A stretch of 64,000 nucleotides of DNA from Lingula anatina (GCA_051362555.1 CM120641.1:31254401-31318400); one strand, 5' to 3'; positions 12,658-26,176 are shown, counted from the stretch's first letter. Program-made: numbers and translations. Notes: generated from the sequence alone by a model not told the origin.

Positions 12658-15600
12658 TACATGTATATCTCGCCTCTCACATGCTTCCCCATGCTCTGGT
12701 CGAATGGAGCCCAGATTAAATTATGATTTTATACACATATTAAATATGCACATGCATGCACACATACTAACATATGCACACGTACATACGAACAGTGTTG
12801 CTCAAGCAAGCTGGTCTTATACTACTAAATCTGGTCTTCATGAAAATAATTAATTTTTTTAATGAATAGACTTTGAATGAGTTTTCAATTCTGTATTTTT
12901 GCCCAAATCCTATTTGTACACAGATAGTTCTTATTCCATATTTTTGTCTTCAGGCGACATAAAAGACAGAAAGAGTGTGTCAGATGCTGAGAGCATTAAA
13001 GAAAGAGGTAAGATGGTATGCATCAATTTAACAGGCATTCATTTAACACACTTTAAAAATTTACCCACACAATAAGCGGACTCTCTTGCACAATCACTAA
13101 GTTAATTCACTGTTATCTGTTTTTATTGCATGTATATCTTTGAATATGTGATATCCTTATTGTGGACAAGTATGGTTTCTTTTTTTTCTTCAGTTGATGT
13201 TAAAAACATGATGGCTGCAACAGCAGACATGAAGGAGAGATGTTAAGGCAGCAGGGGCAATAGAATAGGGATCTATTTATTACACTGATGGAATGTGACT
13301 ATGAATGTACACACACACACACACACACACACACGTGCATACACATTCCTTATGTTTTGCCAACACAGTTTGAGCTTTTTGTAAGTTTAAAATGATACTT
13401 GGCAAATTTGTTAACTCTGGTCAATGGTCAATATTTTGATGCAGTTTCATACTTGAAATAAGATGCACTGACTGCTTATTGAAGGTTATTTATTATTGCA
13501 TATTAGTAAGTAATACTGTGTCATATATTTCAGTTCCCAAGGACTGCTTCCAATCAAGGTAGAGGAAGTCTTTTCAGATCTTGCTTTAGATGCAGGACAA
13601 GCACATAAATGGTTATAATTATTATCATTCATTATTAAATCTAATCATTTCAGACATTTAGAAATGAAAAAAAATTACAGTATTTATAAAAGAACAGATT
13701 CATTTTACAGTCACAAGAAAGTTCTTTTCTTGTTTCCTTGCTTTAATGACATCATAACAAAGTTAACTTAAAGAGTTTTAGAGGAAAACTTAGTCAAACA
13801 GCTGGTAAAACTGTACATGAAAGCAGTAATTATATGATAGCAGCCAGGAGCTAGTGGTTGTAGAGTTACTGTCAACATCTTTTTACAGCTAACACACTTT
13901 AACTGAATTTTATTTTAATATTTTCATCTTTCATTTTTCAGGGTGGTCAGTGCACATCTATTATTAGCTCTGTGGCAGACAGTTTGAACACTTCAGAATA
14001 TCATTTTCTTAAAATACCTTTATTTTACTGGTACAATATAATATTGATTATGTTATTAAATGGGTTTTGTCTTTTTTTCTTTTCTAAATAAAAGAGAAAA
14101 ATTTGCTAAAAGGTGATTTTAATATTTATAAGTAGCCAGCAATGTTGAAGGGTGGGATGCTGAAGGGGGGTTGTTGTTATCTGAAAAAGTGAATTTTCTT
14201 TATTCCTTCAGTTGATCCAACTTGGGATACGTCACAGTAATGGTACCATGATAAGTTTTAGACCCTTTCCAGCAAAAAGGGCAATTTTTTCAAATCCACA
14301 TCCTCAAATATGGGCCTAAACAAATAATTTGGCCTGTACACCATAAATGGATTTTGATTATAGTTCAAAAAACGTTGACTTTCATCCAAACTTTTTTTCA
14401 TTTATAACTTTATCCATATGTGACTTTTGAATAATGTTTTTATTTTTATGAACTGTCCCTTAAAGTAGAAATTTTCCTTCATTTGGGTTTTAATTTAAAA
14501 CCTCTACATCACTCAACTAAAAAAGAAATGACCACTTTATGTCATTCTCTGCTTTTACTGAAACAAAAACAAACCCAACACTTGGTTACTGTCAGGGCAG
14601 GAAGTTTTATTACAAAAAGTGTGCTAGATGTTAACAGCACTGAATACAGAGCCCTGACAGAAATGTCTGTACATTATTATTATGTACTCCTTTAATGCAC
14701 TCATGAAACATGCACATACAAATACTAGCTAATACATACCTTAACTTGTAAAGATAATGATGCAGTAAATTAGGGACCACAGTTGTAGATGTTCAAGTTT
14801 AAACACACTGGACAATTTGGAGAAGAATAAATACATGCCACGCCCATACAATGTAAATTGGCTGGTACAAGTGTAATTGTTCAAAAATGTAACTAAATCA
14901 ATGCCATGCTTGCTTTATACATAAAAGAGAATAACTTTATAAAAGAAGATTCAAAGAGAAATAATCAGAAAAACGGATTGACTAATAAATGCACATATCA
15001 ATTCCATTTTCAACTGTTATCATTTTGAACACAAATCTGTCACTCAAAAGGCAACACCTCACACTAACTGTTCGTAACAGGTAAACAATTCAGAGAAAAC
15101 CATCAGATTATAAAAAATGTGAAAAAAAACTAAGTACACCCAGGAGTCCCTCCTTCCACAAGGCAGAGATTTAAGATTGTACAACTTTTAACACAGCCCA
15201 ATACACAAGTTGTGCAACAGTTAAGGAAAGAGAAATTATTTCCAAAGTCTGATGATAAACACTGAAATTTTTAAAAAATATCACTGGAATTGGGGCAGTA
15301 TTGTTTCATATGAAATTTACAAACAGCAGAGTAATAGACTGTAGAGACAGGCATACCTGGAAGAAAAGATGTCCCACACAAGCCCATCATTATATACCTT
15401 ACTAGTCATATCATTTATTGTGTTGCAAGGAACCAGTCTGAAAAAGAAATGATAATACCAATATAATCAATGAAAATTTATTTTTAGATAATCTGACAGC
15501 TGGAGGAGTGAAAAATTGTTAAGCCACAAATAGTATACTCTTTTTTTTTAATATCAAAATGAGAAAATGATGATCTAAGATGAAAATAACTTGCTTTTAA

Positions 15601-17045
15601 ATTGAAAAAGAAAATGAAAGTTCCACATGTTTAGGTATTTTTATACCTTTATCAATTCCTCACAGGGTACAGCTCTCCAGCCAGATATTCTCCTGCCCAA
15701 GAACTCCACCTCTGAGTGGAACTTAAGTTAAAGACATGGAAACATGGTAGATTTTATTCCATCCTAAAAGATAGATGGGTAATCAAGGGTTTCTTAACAT
15801 TCCATATTTTATTTTGAACAGCCAAGGCTACAATAAGAGTAATTCTCAAAGAAAACCTATTAAAAGCTACCCTAGTGGGCAGGGGAACTTTCCTTGGGGA
15901 TGGAACCCCAAGAGAGGTGTGAACCTGTCAAGATTCACTAGTATGGGTGTCCCATCTCTCAGTGCAGAGTATCTTTGTATCTTACTTTTTATTTTGAACA
16001 GCCACTTTTTAAAGGCTAAAGTGGTGGACAGGGGAACTGCCCTCAGGGGGAAGGGACACCCAGCATGGTGTCAATTTGCCAAGATACACCAATATGGGTG
16101 GGTCAACTTTTTAAAAGATATTCACATGCTTTTGTTCAATCTATATCACCCTAACATGCATGTACCAGGTATGATATTAATGCATGCAAGTGTTCAATTC
16201 CTAACCAATCTGCATTAAGATTGTAATAAGACTGTCAGAGTAATACAGAAATAGGAAATTCGACAACAGCTTTTATCTCTTAAAGCCCTCAAATGATAAA
16301 ATTGATAATTAAAAGTTAACAAACAGGTTTGACTACAAGATAAAAGGTCAGAAAGGGCTGAAGAATAAAGTGACTGGAAAGGGTCAGGAACATCATGTAA
16401 CTTACTCTTTGACATGAAGACTTCATGAGCTGTTTCTCTATTTCAGAAAAACCAGGCAAAGTTATATAACTTATAATCTATAGGTTTCACAGCACATTGC
16501 AAGAGGCTGAAAAGTTTCCACCAATGAGAGGTTAACAAGCAGTAAAAATAAATGAAACATAAATAAATAAATGAGAAAAAACTGGGAAGGCACATCAAAG
16601 ATCATGCAGCCAGACATGATAGTACTGGAACTGCTGAGAAACACCAAAGAAAAAAGATTTTGTGAAAAAACTTCCCAGTGCAACATGTATAAAGAAAAAT
16701 AAGTGACAAAAATCACATTAAAAAAATACTTGTCATTTATAAGACATTAAATCCAAACATGAAGAATCAAGTGTAAAAAAAAATTTAATTAATTAAAATG
16801 CACTTTTGAACACCACAACCTAATTAATGGTGATTCTTGCTATATAGAGCTATAAGCCTTATAAATGAAAGGGGCAAAGTAAATAGAATTTGAGTATCTT
16901 AAATAGAGAAGTATAATTTTTAAAGAGGCAAAATAGGTAAACAAGTTTTAAAATTCCTGATACTCACATTTAAATTTAATGAGCAATTTCCGTTAATTGT
17001 TATGTAAATTCAATAAAAATGCATGTTTGAGAGGATCCCCTCTCA

Positions 17046-17722
17046 AAAACAAGCTGAACATGGTATATGTAGATATAAACAAAGGTCACCAACATCTCAT
17101 ACAACTCAGTTAACCTCTTAGATGTGACCTTTAACCTAAAAGACATATTTTGGACCATACAAAAAACCTAATACAGTAAAACTGTATATTCACTGCAAAT
17201 CTAACCACTCAGAAAGTGTCATCAATGCTATATTGAACTCAATAAATGAGGCTATCCACAATTTCCAGCAATGAAAACATGTTAAAAACATCAAAGAGTG
17301 AGTACTAAGATATGCTGCCAGTAACATGGATAGTGAAAAACTAGCAAGTAATTCAGTTTCATGGGCTATAAAAGACACTGAAAATGCTAATGTGTGAAAG
17401 ATAAAATATTCAAACAAAAATAAAACAGAATAATTACCGTAAATGTAAACCAATCAGGCCGCTTTTCGAGAGCAACCTGCCTCTTTACCAAACAAATCCA
17501 CTCAGTAAACTTAATATAAAACAAAAATAAGGTTTGGCAGTTCCAGGGTGAACATCACCATAAGTAGTGCCAAAAAACAGGAATGATTACCATAAATGTA
17601 AATAGATTGTGCCAATTTTCAAAAGTAACCTGCTTCTTTGCCAAACAAAGCCAATTAGTAAACTTAAAGTAAAACAAATAATACGGAAAAAGCTAATGTC
17701 CCTACATAGGGAGGTAAGAAAA
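17046..17722 (+). mobile_element. Probable old HINE-like element
   Basis: Begins AAACAAG, contains diverged ~135 bp repeats (17420-17690), ends with a short TCCCTA-ca-TAGGGA hairpin and an A-run. Confidence 0.35.
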
Positions 17723-17811
17723 TTTGATTCATGAAACTCATATTGTTATTTGACTGTCTTGAAAATTGCTGCATCCATCATTTTGTTTGTCTGTTACATG
17801 TGAAGTTCAGT

Positions 17812-18672
17812 AGTCCTGTGTCTCCTAGTACAGTGTAGTAGTCTTGAGTCGTTGTGTTCCATTGTGGCAGTATAGTCCTGTGTATCCTAGTACGGTGTAG
17901 AAGTCTGGGGTCATTGTGTTCCATTGTGGCAGCATAGTCCTGTGCCTGCTAGTACAATGTAGTAGTCTTGAGTCATTGTGTTCCATTGTGGTAGTATAGT
18001 CCTGTGCCTGCTAGTTCAGTGTAGTAGTCTGGAGTCATTGTGTTCCATTGTGGTAGTATAGTCCTGTGCCTGCTAGGACAGTGTAGTAGCCTGGAGTCAC
18101 TGTGTTCCATTGTGGCAGTATAGACCTGTGCCTGCTAGGACAGTGTAGTAGCCTGGAGTCATTGTGTTCCATTGTGGCAGTACAGTCCTGTGCCTGCTAG
18201 GACAGTGTAGTTGTCTGGAGTCATTGTGTTCCATTGTGGTAGTGTAGTCCTGTGCCTGCTAGGACAGTGTAGTAGTCCAGGGTTGTGTTCCATTATGGTA
18301 GGATAGTCCTGTGCTTCCTAGTACAGTGTAGTAGTCCAGAGTCATTGTGTTCCATTGTGGTAGTATAGTCCTGTGCCTGCTAGGACAGTGTAGTAGTCCA
18401 GAGTCATTGTGTTCCATTGTGGTAGGATAGTCCTGTGCTTCCTAGTACAGTGTAGTAGTCCAGAGTCATTGTGTTCCATTGTGGTAGTATAGTCCTGTGC
18501 TTCCTAGTACAGTGTAGTAGTCTGGAGTCATTGTGTACCATTGTGGCAGTATAGTCCTGTGCCTGCTAGTACAGTGTAGTAGTCTGGAGTCATTGTGTAC
18601 CATTGTGGCAGTATAGTCCTGTGCCTGCTAGTACAGTGTAGAAGTCTGGAGTCATTGTGTACCATTGTGGCA
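17812..18672. repeat. 62 bp minisatellite, ~14 copies
   Basis: Unit AGTCCTGTGCCTGCTAGTACAGTGTAGTAGTCTGGAGTCATTGTGTTCCATTGTGGCAGTAT; starts at 17812, 17874 and so on. Confidence 0.95.
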
Positions 18673-19220
18673 GATGATGACGGACAGATGATGGACTGGA
18701 AAAGACAAAAAAGTGTACTCTAGAGGGTAATATAGATGTGGGTGAACACATAGAAAGAATTAAACCATGGCAAACTGATAAAGCCAACGAATATAATAGA
18801 AACATTAACTTAGCTTGCATTATTGATGTACAAAATGTTATTGAGAGATTGGATCTTGGCAGTGTGGAGAAAAAGGAAATTGATTCAATTTCTTATAGAT
18901 ATAACAACAATAAAACTAAATTTCCCCCAAAAAAAGAATAAAGAGTGGTTTGGCAATGAGTGCTGTATCGCACGTAAGGAGTACTGTAAATGTTATTGTA
19001 AATATAAGAAATATGGATCCACTTTATTTAAACAAGGGGTTCTTGATGCCCAGAAACATTATAAAACTGTAATGAATAAATCTTTTACTAACTATAGATA
19101 CCAATTACACAATAAAATTAAGAATATGAGAAGTAAAAAATCCAAAAGAATATTGGAAAATGTTTAACGTAAAAGAGAAAAGTCCTGTAGTGATGATGCA
19201 GTAGATCTAGGAGTAGATAA

Positions 19221-19772
19221 TTTTTACCTCCGCCAAGGACGTTATGTTTTCACCCCTGTTTGTTTGTCTGTCTGTCCAGGCCCGTAGCCAGGGGGGTTCG
19301 AAAGAACCACCCCTTTTGCTGGGAAACTCTGGGTAAGATTTGATCTAGGTACATGAAGTTTTTATGGGAAAAGGTCCACTTTTTCAGAAAAAGAACCCCC
19401 CTTTTGAAATTGCTGGCTACGGGCCTGCTGTCTGTCTGTCTGTTTGTCATCAACATAGCTCAAAAAATTGTGGATGAATTTTGATGGAATTTTCAGGGTA
19501 GGTCAGAAATGGGTTAACTTAGAAGTGATTAGTTTTGGGGGTGATCAGGATCAATAATCAATCAATAATCAAAAAACTAAGTTATGGACCGATTTTGATG
19601 AAATTTTCTGGAACTGTCAGAAGTGGGCCAAGGAACAGATGATTAGTTTTTGGTGGTGATCCGGATCAATAATCAATAATCAAAAATATCAAAAATTTAG
19701 GGGTGAAATGGCATTGGATGGAGACTTTGCTGCCTTGGCGGAGGTCTGCGGTCTCTGAGTGCTTTTCTAGTT
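19221..19772 (+). mobile_element. HINE/DINE-1-like non-autonomous Helentron element inserted in the LINE
   Basis: Subterminal IR CCTCCGCCAAGG / CCTTGGCGGAGG, (GTCT)n microsatellite, two internal repeats, T-rich ends. Confidence 0.8.
19277..19427. mobile_element. MITE with CAGG termini (hAT-like)
   Basis: TIR CAGGCCCGTAGCCAG; flanked by CTGTC within a microsatellite, so TSD length (5 or 9 bp) is ambiguous. Confidence 0.85.
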
Positions 19773-19976
19773 ATGAAGGTTAATGCTAATTATGAAACAG
19801 ATTTACTTTTTATAGATGCTGACGAGATCTTTGATTATAGTTCAATGAACCTATATCGCTCTATGAAGTTGTAAATACTGTGAAATTACTCAGAAATAAT
19901 AAGTCACCCGGGCCAGACACTTGCTAAATGAATACATAAAATCATCTATACTTATTATGGCACCATTATATTTAAT

Positions 19977-20141
19977 CAGGAGTGGATTCAGGCTGTCTTC
20001 TGGGTCTTCCAGAAGACGGTCAGATTTTCAAGTTTTTATTGATAGGTATCTAATTTTTTTTTTAAGATGGTCAAAAATGGAGGATGGATCAACAAAGTTA
20101 ATTTGGAAAACTGTCAGAAAACATCTCTGGATCCACCCCTG
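19977..20141. mobile_element. MITE with CAGG termini (hAT-like)
   Basis: TIR CAGGAGTGGATTCAG / CTGGATCCACCCCTG; TTAAT on both flanks. Confidence 0.75.
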
Positions 20142-20607
20142 TTAATGTAGTATTTGATTCTGGAATTGTACCAGATGCATGGCTTAATGGACCCATTAAG
20201 CCATTATATAAAAATAAAGGATTAGCTCATGAACCATAAAACTACAGGCCTATTTCCTTGTTAAGTAGTTTAGCCAAGGTGTTCACATCGATTCTGAGCA
20301 AAAGGCTAACTACTTACTCAGATAGCACAGAAATATTAAAGGAGAATCAAAGCGGATTTATAGCTAATTATTCAAAGCCGATAATATCTTTACTTTGTAC
20401 TCTTTGACTGAATTATCATTCTTAAAAAAGAAGAAGTTATATTGTGCTTTTATAGATTTTAAATCCGCCTTCGATAAAATATAGAGAATGGGATTATGGA
20501 GAAAATTATTTAGTAACCAAATAAGTGGGAAATGCCTAAAGGTTACTATGAATATGTACAATGAATGCAAATCAAAAATTACTTTTGGCAATTTCGTGCT
20601 ATGTAGC

Positions 20608-22728
20608 TGTTGCGCTACTGACGGATGTCATTTTAACTAGAGGATCAGAGAGGCGATACCGCCTCCAGATATTGTACCACCAGCTGGAGTAAGCGCATTC
20701 GTATGGACCCCCCCCTTCCAAAAAGGGACACCATCACCAGTCTTGTGCTTGACAAGCTCTATAAGATTTTCGAATTGACTTGCATTTTCCTACCCTTGAT
20801 CACTCCTGTATTCTCTAGACAAAAGGCCTATTGGTTTTCCTTGAAAAGTGTTGTTAATGGTGCATATATGCTGACAAAAGAGAAAACCTAGGGGCAACAA
20901 GGGGCACATCTCTGCTAGTTTTAAAGATATGAGAGGCAAGAAAATATGCAAAGCTCAGTTCATGGTGAAAAAGTAGGTCAAAGGTCAATTTCAATATCAT
21001 AGTTTATGAATTTCTATTCAAGTTCAATAGCAACCATGGGCATTTCTTTGCCAATTTTGCAGATTTAAAGGCCTGAAAACATGCAAAAAGCAGTTCATCA
21101 TAAAAAGTAGGTCAAAGGTCAATTTCAAGGTCACAGATTGCTAGTGTATTACTTCCTATTCAAGTTCAATAGTAACTATGGACCTATCTCTGTCAGTTTT
21201 AGAGATAAAGGAGAAAGAAAATTTGCAAAGTTCAGTTCATAGTAAAAAGATGGTCAAAGGTCAATTTTAAGGTCACAGTAAATTGCCAGTATATGACTTA
21301 CTACATGTACTTAAGTTCAATAGTAACTATGGACCTATCTCTGCCAGTTTTGGAGATAAAAGGGAATGAAAATTTGCAAAGTTCAGTCATGGTGAAAAGT
21401 AGGTCAAAGGTCAATTTAAAGGTCACAGTAAATTGCCTCTGACTTTCTATTCAAATTCAATAGTAACTATGGGCGTATCTTTGCCAGTTTTGGAGATAAA
21501 AGGGAACAAAAATTTGCAAAGTTCAGTTCATGGTAAAAAGTAGGTCAAAGGTCAAATTTAAGGTCACAGTAAATTGCCAGTATATGACTTCCTATTCAAG
21601 TTCAATAGTAACTATGAACCTATCTCTGCCAGTTTTGGAGATAAAAGGGAACGAAAATTTGCAAAGTTCAATTCATGGTGAAAAGTAGGTCAAAGGTCAA
21701 TTTTATGGTCACTGTTAAATTGCCAGTAAGTGACTTCCTATTCAACTTTAATAGTAACTATTGACCTATCTCTGCCAGTTTTGGAGATATAATGTTACAA
21801 TTCTGAGTTACAATAATGTGCCACCACAATGTACTTTTTAATACAGCATAACACGAAAACCGTATGAAATACAAAAAAACGAAGACCACAAGCAATGTTG
21901 GGCTTTACATGCTCAACAAAATGCAAAAAAGAACGGGTCGCTAGCATTAACGGTTCCCGAATTAGAGACAGTTTTCAGTTTCGGTATCTTATGGCCGCTT
22001 CTCCAGTGAAAATGCACCGATTGACCCCAAATTCACGGAGATGAAAAATGACCCAAAGGGTAACACTTTCCAATAATATTATTGGTTAAGTCTGTGTAGT
22101 GTCTGAATAACAGCGCAAATATTTTTTTTTTTGTAAAAAATTTCATTTTTTTGAAAATTTTGGCCTGTTTGACCTTGAAATAAAGGTCAAAGGTCAAATC
22201 CAAGGGCATATTTGAAATCTACACATATGACTTTTAGAAAGCCGTCTGTAGAAATTTTTCCCATAATTCCTTCCGTAGGGTAGATAATTGGCATTGAATT
22301 TTCAAAAATTTTGACAAGGGTGCATTTCAACAAGCGTCACGCCCAGGTTAATGCACCGACTGAGACGAAAAAATCTGGGGGTTCAGGTTGAGGTTATATG
22401 TGACCTAAATCCAAGAGATGGGGACAGGGGTCCTTGTGGTCTAGGAGGAGAAGCGGTAACGGTGACTTGTATCCGGCGCCAGTACGCGGAGCCGGCGGAG
22501 CTTACGGAGCCGGCGGAGCCAACGGAGCCGGCAGAGCCGGACGAGACAGGTCGGGACTAAAACCATGAGTACCGCCAGCGTACACGCTGGTGGTACTAAT
22601 AAAGTGGATTCAAGGAGATACGAACAAACACGCCTTTTCACTTCAAAACAGCAAACCGGAAGAACAGGGAATGCTGGGATTTATTTCAGCATAATTAATT
22701 ATGATAATTATGTTATCATATTCCAACA
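20608..22728 (-). repeat. Copia 3' LTR, split into 20608-20635 and 22599-22728 by an insertion
   Basis: Both pieces are identical to the corresponding parts of the 5' LTR (28340-28497). Confidence 0.9.
20636..22598 (+). mobile_element. Complete HINE/Helentron-type element with a ~145 bp tandem array
   Basis: Inserted at an AA/TT site; subterminal GTACCACCAGC matches the 3' hairpin AGTACCGCCAGCG-taca-CGCTGGTGGTACT; ~6 array units; (cggagc) microsatellite near the end. Confidence 0.85.
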
Positions 22729-22972
22729 CCCCCACTTGATAGCATAATTTCAGAACTTACACAACATCTACATTCTTGCAACAATTACAAATGCACCAAG
22801 TCTCTTTGCATTTCTCATTTACATTAAATGTCTCTGTTCAGTATTACAAGAATTTACAATTGTCATGCATTACAGGATCTAATATCCAAATATGAAATCT
22901 TTAAATCTTTCCAACTTAAACTTGTTTGCAGGCTTTGTGAATAAATCAGCCACCATATCTGTGGTTGGACAG

Positions 22973-24368
22973 CAGTCTTCGACGTTAAGCGGTGGACCGT
23001 GGACCGAGTCCACTAAATTTTCCGTCGGTCCAGTAAATATTGAAATTTAAGTGGACCGACGGTCCAGCTAAAATATTGAGAGATGCATGGGTTGCGTTGA
23101 GCAAAATTTAGAGCACATAAAATCAAATTAAAATTGTGTTATCTTCGCGAATATATAGTCTAAAAGGTTGTGATAACGCGAGCCATAACCAAAATAAAAT
23201 GAGTGTGGCAGATGAGCCCAAACACAATGGTTGTGCGCAATGTGAGCTTTGAGAATTCTGATTGGTCAATTATATTGGGTCATCCAATCACGGTCTTGAA
23301 AGTGTGAACCACGAGGTTTTACGAAATGGCGTTCCTGAAGCATTTTGCGAAACCCGGAGTAAAAAGAAAAGTGTTAGATCTACAAAGTCAAGAGTACGAA
23401 CGAAAAAGGATAAGGAAGTTTCAAAGTTCGTGGCAGCACAGTTTTTCCTGGCTTGTGTATGATACCGAGGCTAACACCATGCATTGTAAAATCTGCCAAA
23501 GTCTGAAAAATGATTCTGGTGGGGATTCCCCCCTTATCGCGGGAACGTCAAATTTTAAGATAGATGTTGTTAGGCTACATGCAGCATGTAAACAACACCA
23601 GCGGAATTCTGAACTTATCGCAGCAAAATCTACGCTCATTTCCCAGAGTGTAGCGGCAGACTGCCTGGGGAAACTGAAGAGGGCTGAATATACCAGGCTG
23701 GTATCCAAGTTCCGATCGGCACACGCCATAGCCAAGCACCATCTGAGTTTCAATTTGTTTAAGACATTTTGTAAACTGGACACGGCCAAAGGCCTTGGTG
23801 TTGGCACTTCTCACACCACTGACAAGTCCGCTGCACAATTTGTGTCTGCTATCGCAAATGTGGAAAGGAGAAGGGTAATTCAGAAGATTGAATCATGCAA
23901 ATTTTTGAGCTTAACTATGGATGTGATATTCTGGGGGGTTTGTCACTTTATGTGTTTTTTTACTTAAATTAAATCAAGACATTGCTGTTATAATAAAATG
24001 TTATTGCTGTGTGAATACTAATGAAATGTTTTCAAATAAAATTATCAAAATTTAATAGTCACTGTTTATTAAGTAAGGTTATATATTATTTCTTTTTTTA
24101 TTCTGTATTATTATCATTTATTTATTTATTTATTTATTTATTTATAATTAAATTATTGCCAATTTCATTTACTATAAACATCTCATCTTTTTTTAGAATA
24201 AATAAATAAATAAATAAATTTGGTACAAAAACATCAGCCTTATTTATTATTTTCTTTTAAAACAAAAATTATTAGAATTGGTCCAGTAAAAGTTGGTTCG
24301 GTCCAGTAGGAATTGCAGTCTTGGTGGACCAAATGTCCACTAATTAAAAAATTTATTCGTGAAGACTG
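22973..24368 (+). mobile_element. Internally deleted hAT transposon, 1396 bp
   Basis: CAGTCTTC..GAAGACTG termini, 8 bp TSD TTGGACAG, subterminal GGTCCA/GTGGACC repeats. Confidence 0.9.
23326..23967 (+). CDS. Truncated hAT transposase N-terminus (TTF-type Zn finger, ZNF862-like)
   Basis: RKFQSSWQHSFSWL, MHCKIC, GTSNFK and H...H motifs; breaks off at FLSLTMD (first catalytic D). Confidence 0.8.
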   Translation: MAFLKHFAKPGVKRKVLDLQSQEYERKRIRKFQSSWQHSFSWLVYDTEANTMHCKICQSLKNDSGGDSPLIAGTSNFKIDVVRLHAACKQHQRNSELIAAKSTLISQSVAADCLGKLKRAEYTRLVSKFRSAHAIAKHHLSFNLFKTFCKLDTAKGLGVGTSHTTDKSAAQFVSAIANVERRRVIQKIESCKFLSLTMDVIFWGVCHFMCFFT

Positions 24369-26176
24369 TTGGACAGTATTCCACAGAAACACTACACTTG
24401 TTGTATTCTGCACGAACAAAATGGTATTTCACATCAATATGCTTGGATCTTTGATGTTTCACAGAATTCTTAATCAAAGCTATAGCACCTTGGTTATCCT
24501 CATAAATTGTTACAGGACTAACTCCACAAAATGTGCTATTTCCAATCCCCTTAATCAACTGACTTAGATACAGACTCTCTTGTACTGCACTGGCTAGAGC
24601 CATGTACTCAGCTTCACAAGTTGAGAGTGCTACAGTAGGCTGTTTCCTAGCTTTCCACGAAATAAGTGGTCCATCTTGACTTAATGAAAAACAATACCCT
24701 GTATAACTACATCTATCTTCTTGTGAAGATGCCCAATCAGCATCACTGTAACCAAATAAACATAAGTTTTCTTCAGATCTCCTGAAGCTTAACTTGTAAT
24801 CTACAGTCGCCTTAATGTACCTAAAAACATGTTTGACTGCAATCCACTGATCACTTGTTGGATTCACTAAATACTGAGAAAGCTTCGTAACTATCCAGCA
24901 TAAGTCTGGTCTAGTGCACAGCATTGCATACATAATGCTACCTATAGCTTCTCTGTACTTCTTACTATCAACAGTATCACCTGTCCCAACAAAATCTAGT
25001 TTTTGCTCGCTAGGAGTGCTTCTCCCTTTGCATTCGGTCATTTCAAATTTCTCAAGTACTTTGGTTAAATACCTTTTCTGGCTCATGATAATCTGACCAT
25101 CAATCTGCTCAAAATCAATTCCTAGAAAGTAACTTAATTTTCCCATATCTTTCATTTGGAATCTTGCACTGAGTAATTCCTTGATCTCATGAATAACTGA
25201 TACATTGTTTCCAGCTATCAATACATCATCAACCCAAATAAGCAAAATAACAACATTTTCACCATCACCTTTGGTAAAAATACATGGATCAACCTCATTC
25301 TGGATAAACCCATTCTCTATCAAATAACTACTCAAAATTGTGTTCCAGTTCCTACTGGACTGTTTCAAACCGTAGAGAGATTTGTTCAGTTTCCACACTA
25401 ACTTTTCACCTTTGTCATTCGCATGTTCAGTAAAACCTTCTGCTGGCTCTACATATATTTCACAATCAATTGGAGCATTTAAGTAAGCTGTTTTCACATC
25501 CATCTGATGCAACTCTAAATTACACTGTGTAGCTACTTGCATCAATACACGTATAGATGTGAGATAAGGAGTTGGAGCAAAAGTTTCATGGTAATCTGTG
25601 CCCTCTCTCTGTGTAAAACCTTTTGCTACATACCTGGCCTTATGCTTTAATGTACCATCACTATTCTCTTTCAAAGCATATACCCAACGTCCATCTATGA
25701 TCTTTCTATTTTCTGGCAATGTAACTACACTGAAAACTTCATTTTCTCTGAAAGAATTCATTTCTTCATCCATGGCACGCTGCCATTTACTGGCATCATC
25801 AGATCTAACAGCTTCATCATATGTCTGAGGACACTCTAATATCATCCTATAACAATAGTCCACAGTAATGTAAGATTGGTCTTCATTACCATCACCTAAC
25901 ACATAATCATTAAAGTGTTTTGGCATTGAATGCTCCCGTGCTGGGTAACGCCTCTCAGGCTCAGTACCCTGTGGAATATCCCCCACTGAATTCTCAATAC
26001 CCCCACTCTCTATCTGTGGCTTAACTTCCTGCGTAACCTCTGATTTGACATTCCCAGTACATCTCACTTCTATCTGAGACTTCGACTCCTGCTTGATATT
26101 TTCACTACCTCCCACTTCTATCTGAGGCTTAAACTCTTTAACCCAAATTATGACAAGACATAACATCCATTTAATG

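Larger units (their letters stand above)
18700..20592 (+). mobile_element. Decayed non-LTR retrotransposon ORF2 fragment (linker plus RT N-terminus; RTE-X/L2/CR1-like)
   Basis: KEWFGNEC, NNKSPGPDTLLNEYIK, NYRPISLLSSLAKVFTSIL, ENQSGF and YCAFIDFKSAFD motifs with stops; interrupted by other elements. Confidence 0.85.
22879..26166 (-). pseudogene. pol: Copia RT-RNase H, interrupted by a hAT insertion
   Basis: KARYVAKGF, QMDVKTAYLN, LYGLKQS, WVDD, YSDADWA, EAEY, EDNQGA and KHIDVKYHF motifs. Removing 22973-24368 plus one TSD restores ...YCPTTDMVADLFTKPANKFKLERFKDFIFGY* ending at 22879. Confidence 0.92.

Noticed and set aside
15775-16218. 147 aa ORF
   Set aside because: No recognisable domain, internal nucleotide repeats, atypical composition.
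17812-18672. CRISPR-like regular repeats
   Set aside because: Head-to-tail units with no unique spacers, no cas genes, eukaryotic context.
22351-22560. ORF with EPAEPTEPAE repeats
   Set aside because: Translation of the HINE terminal microsatellite.
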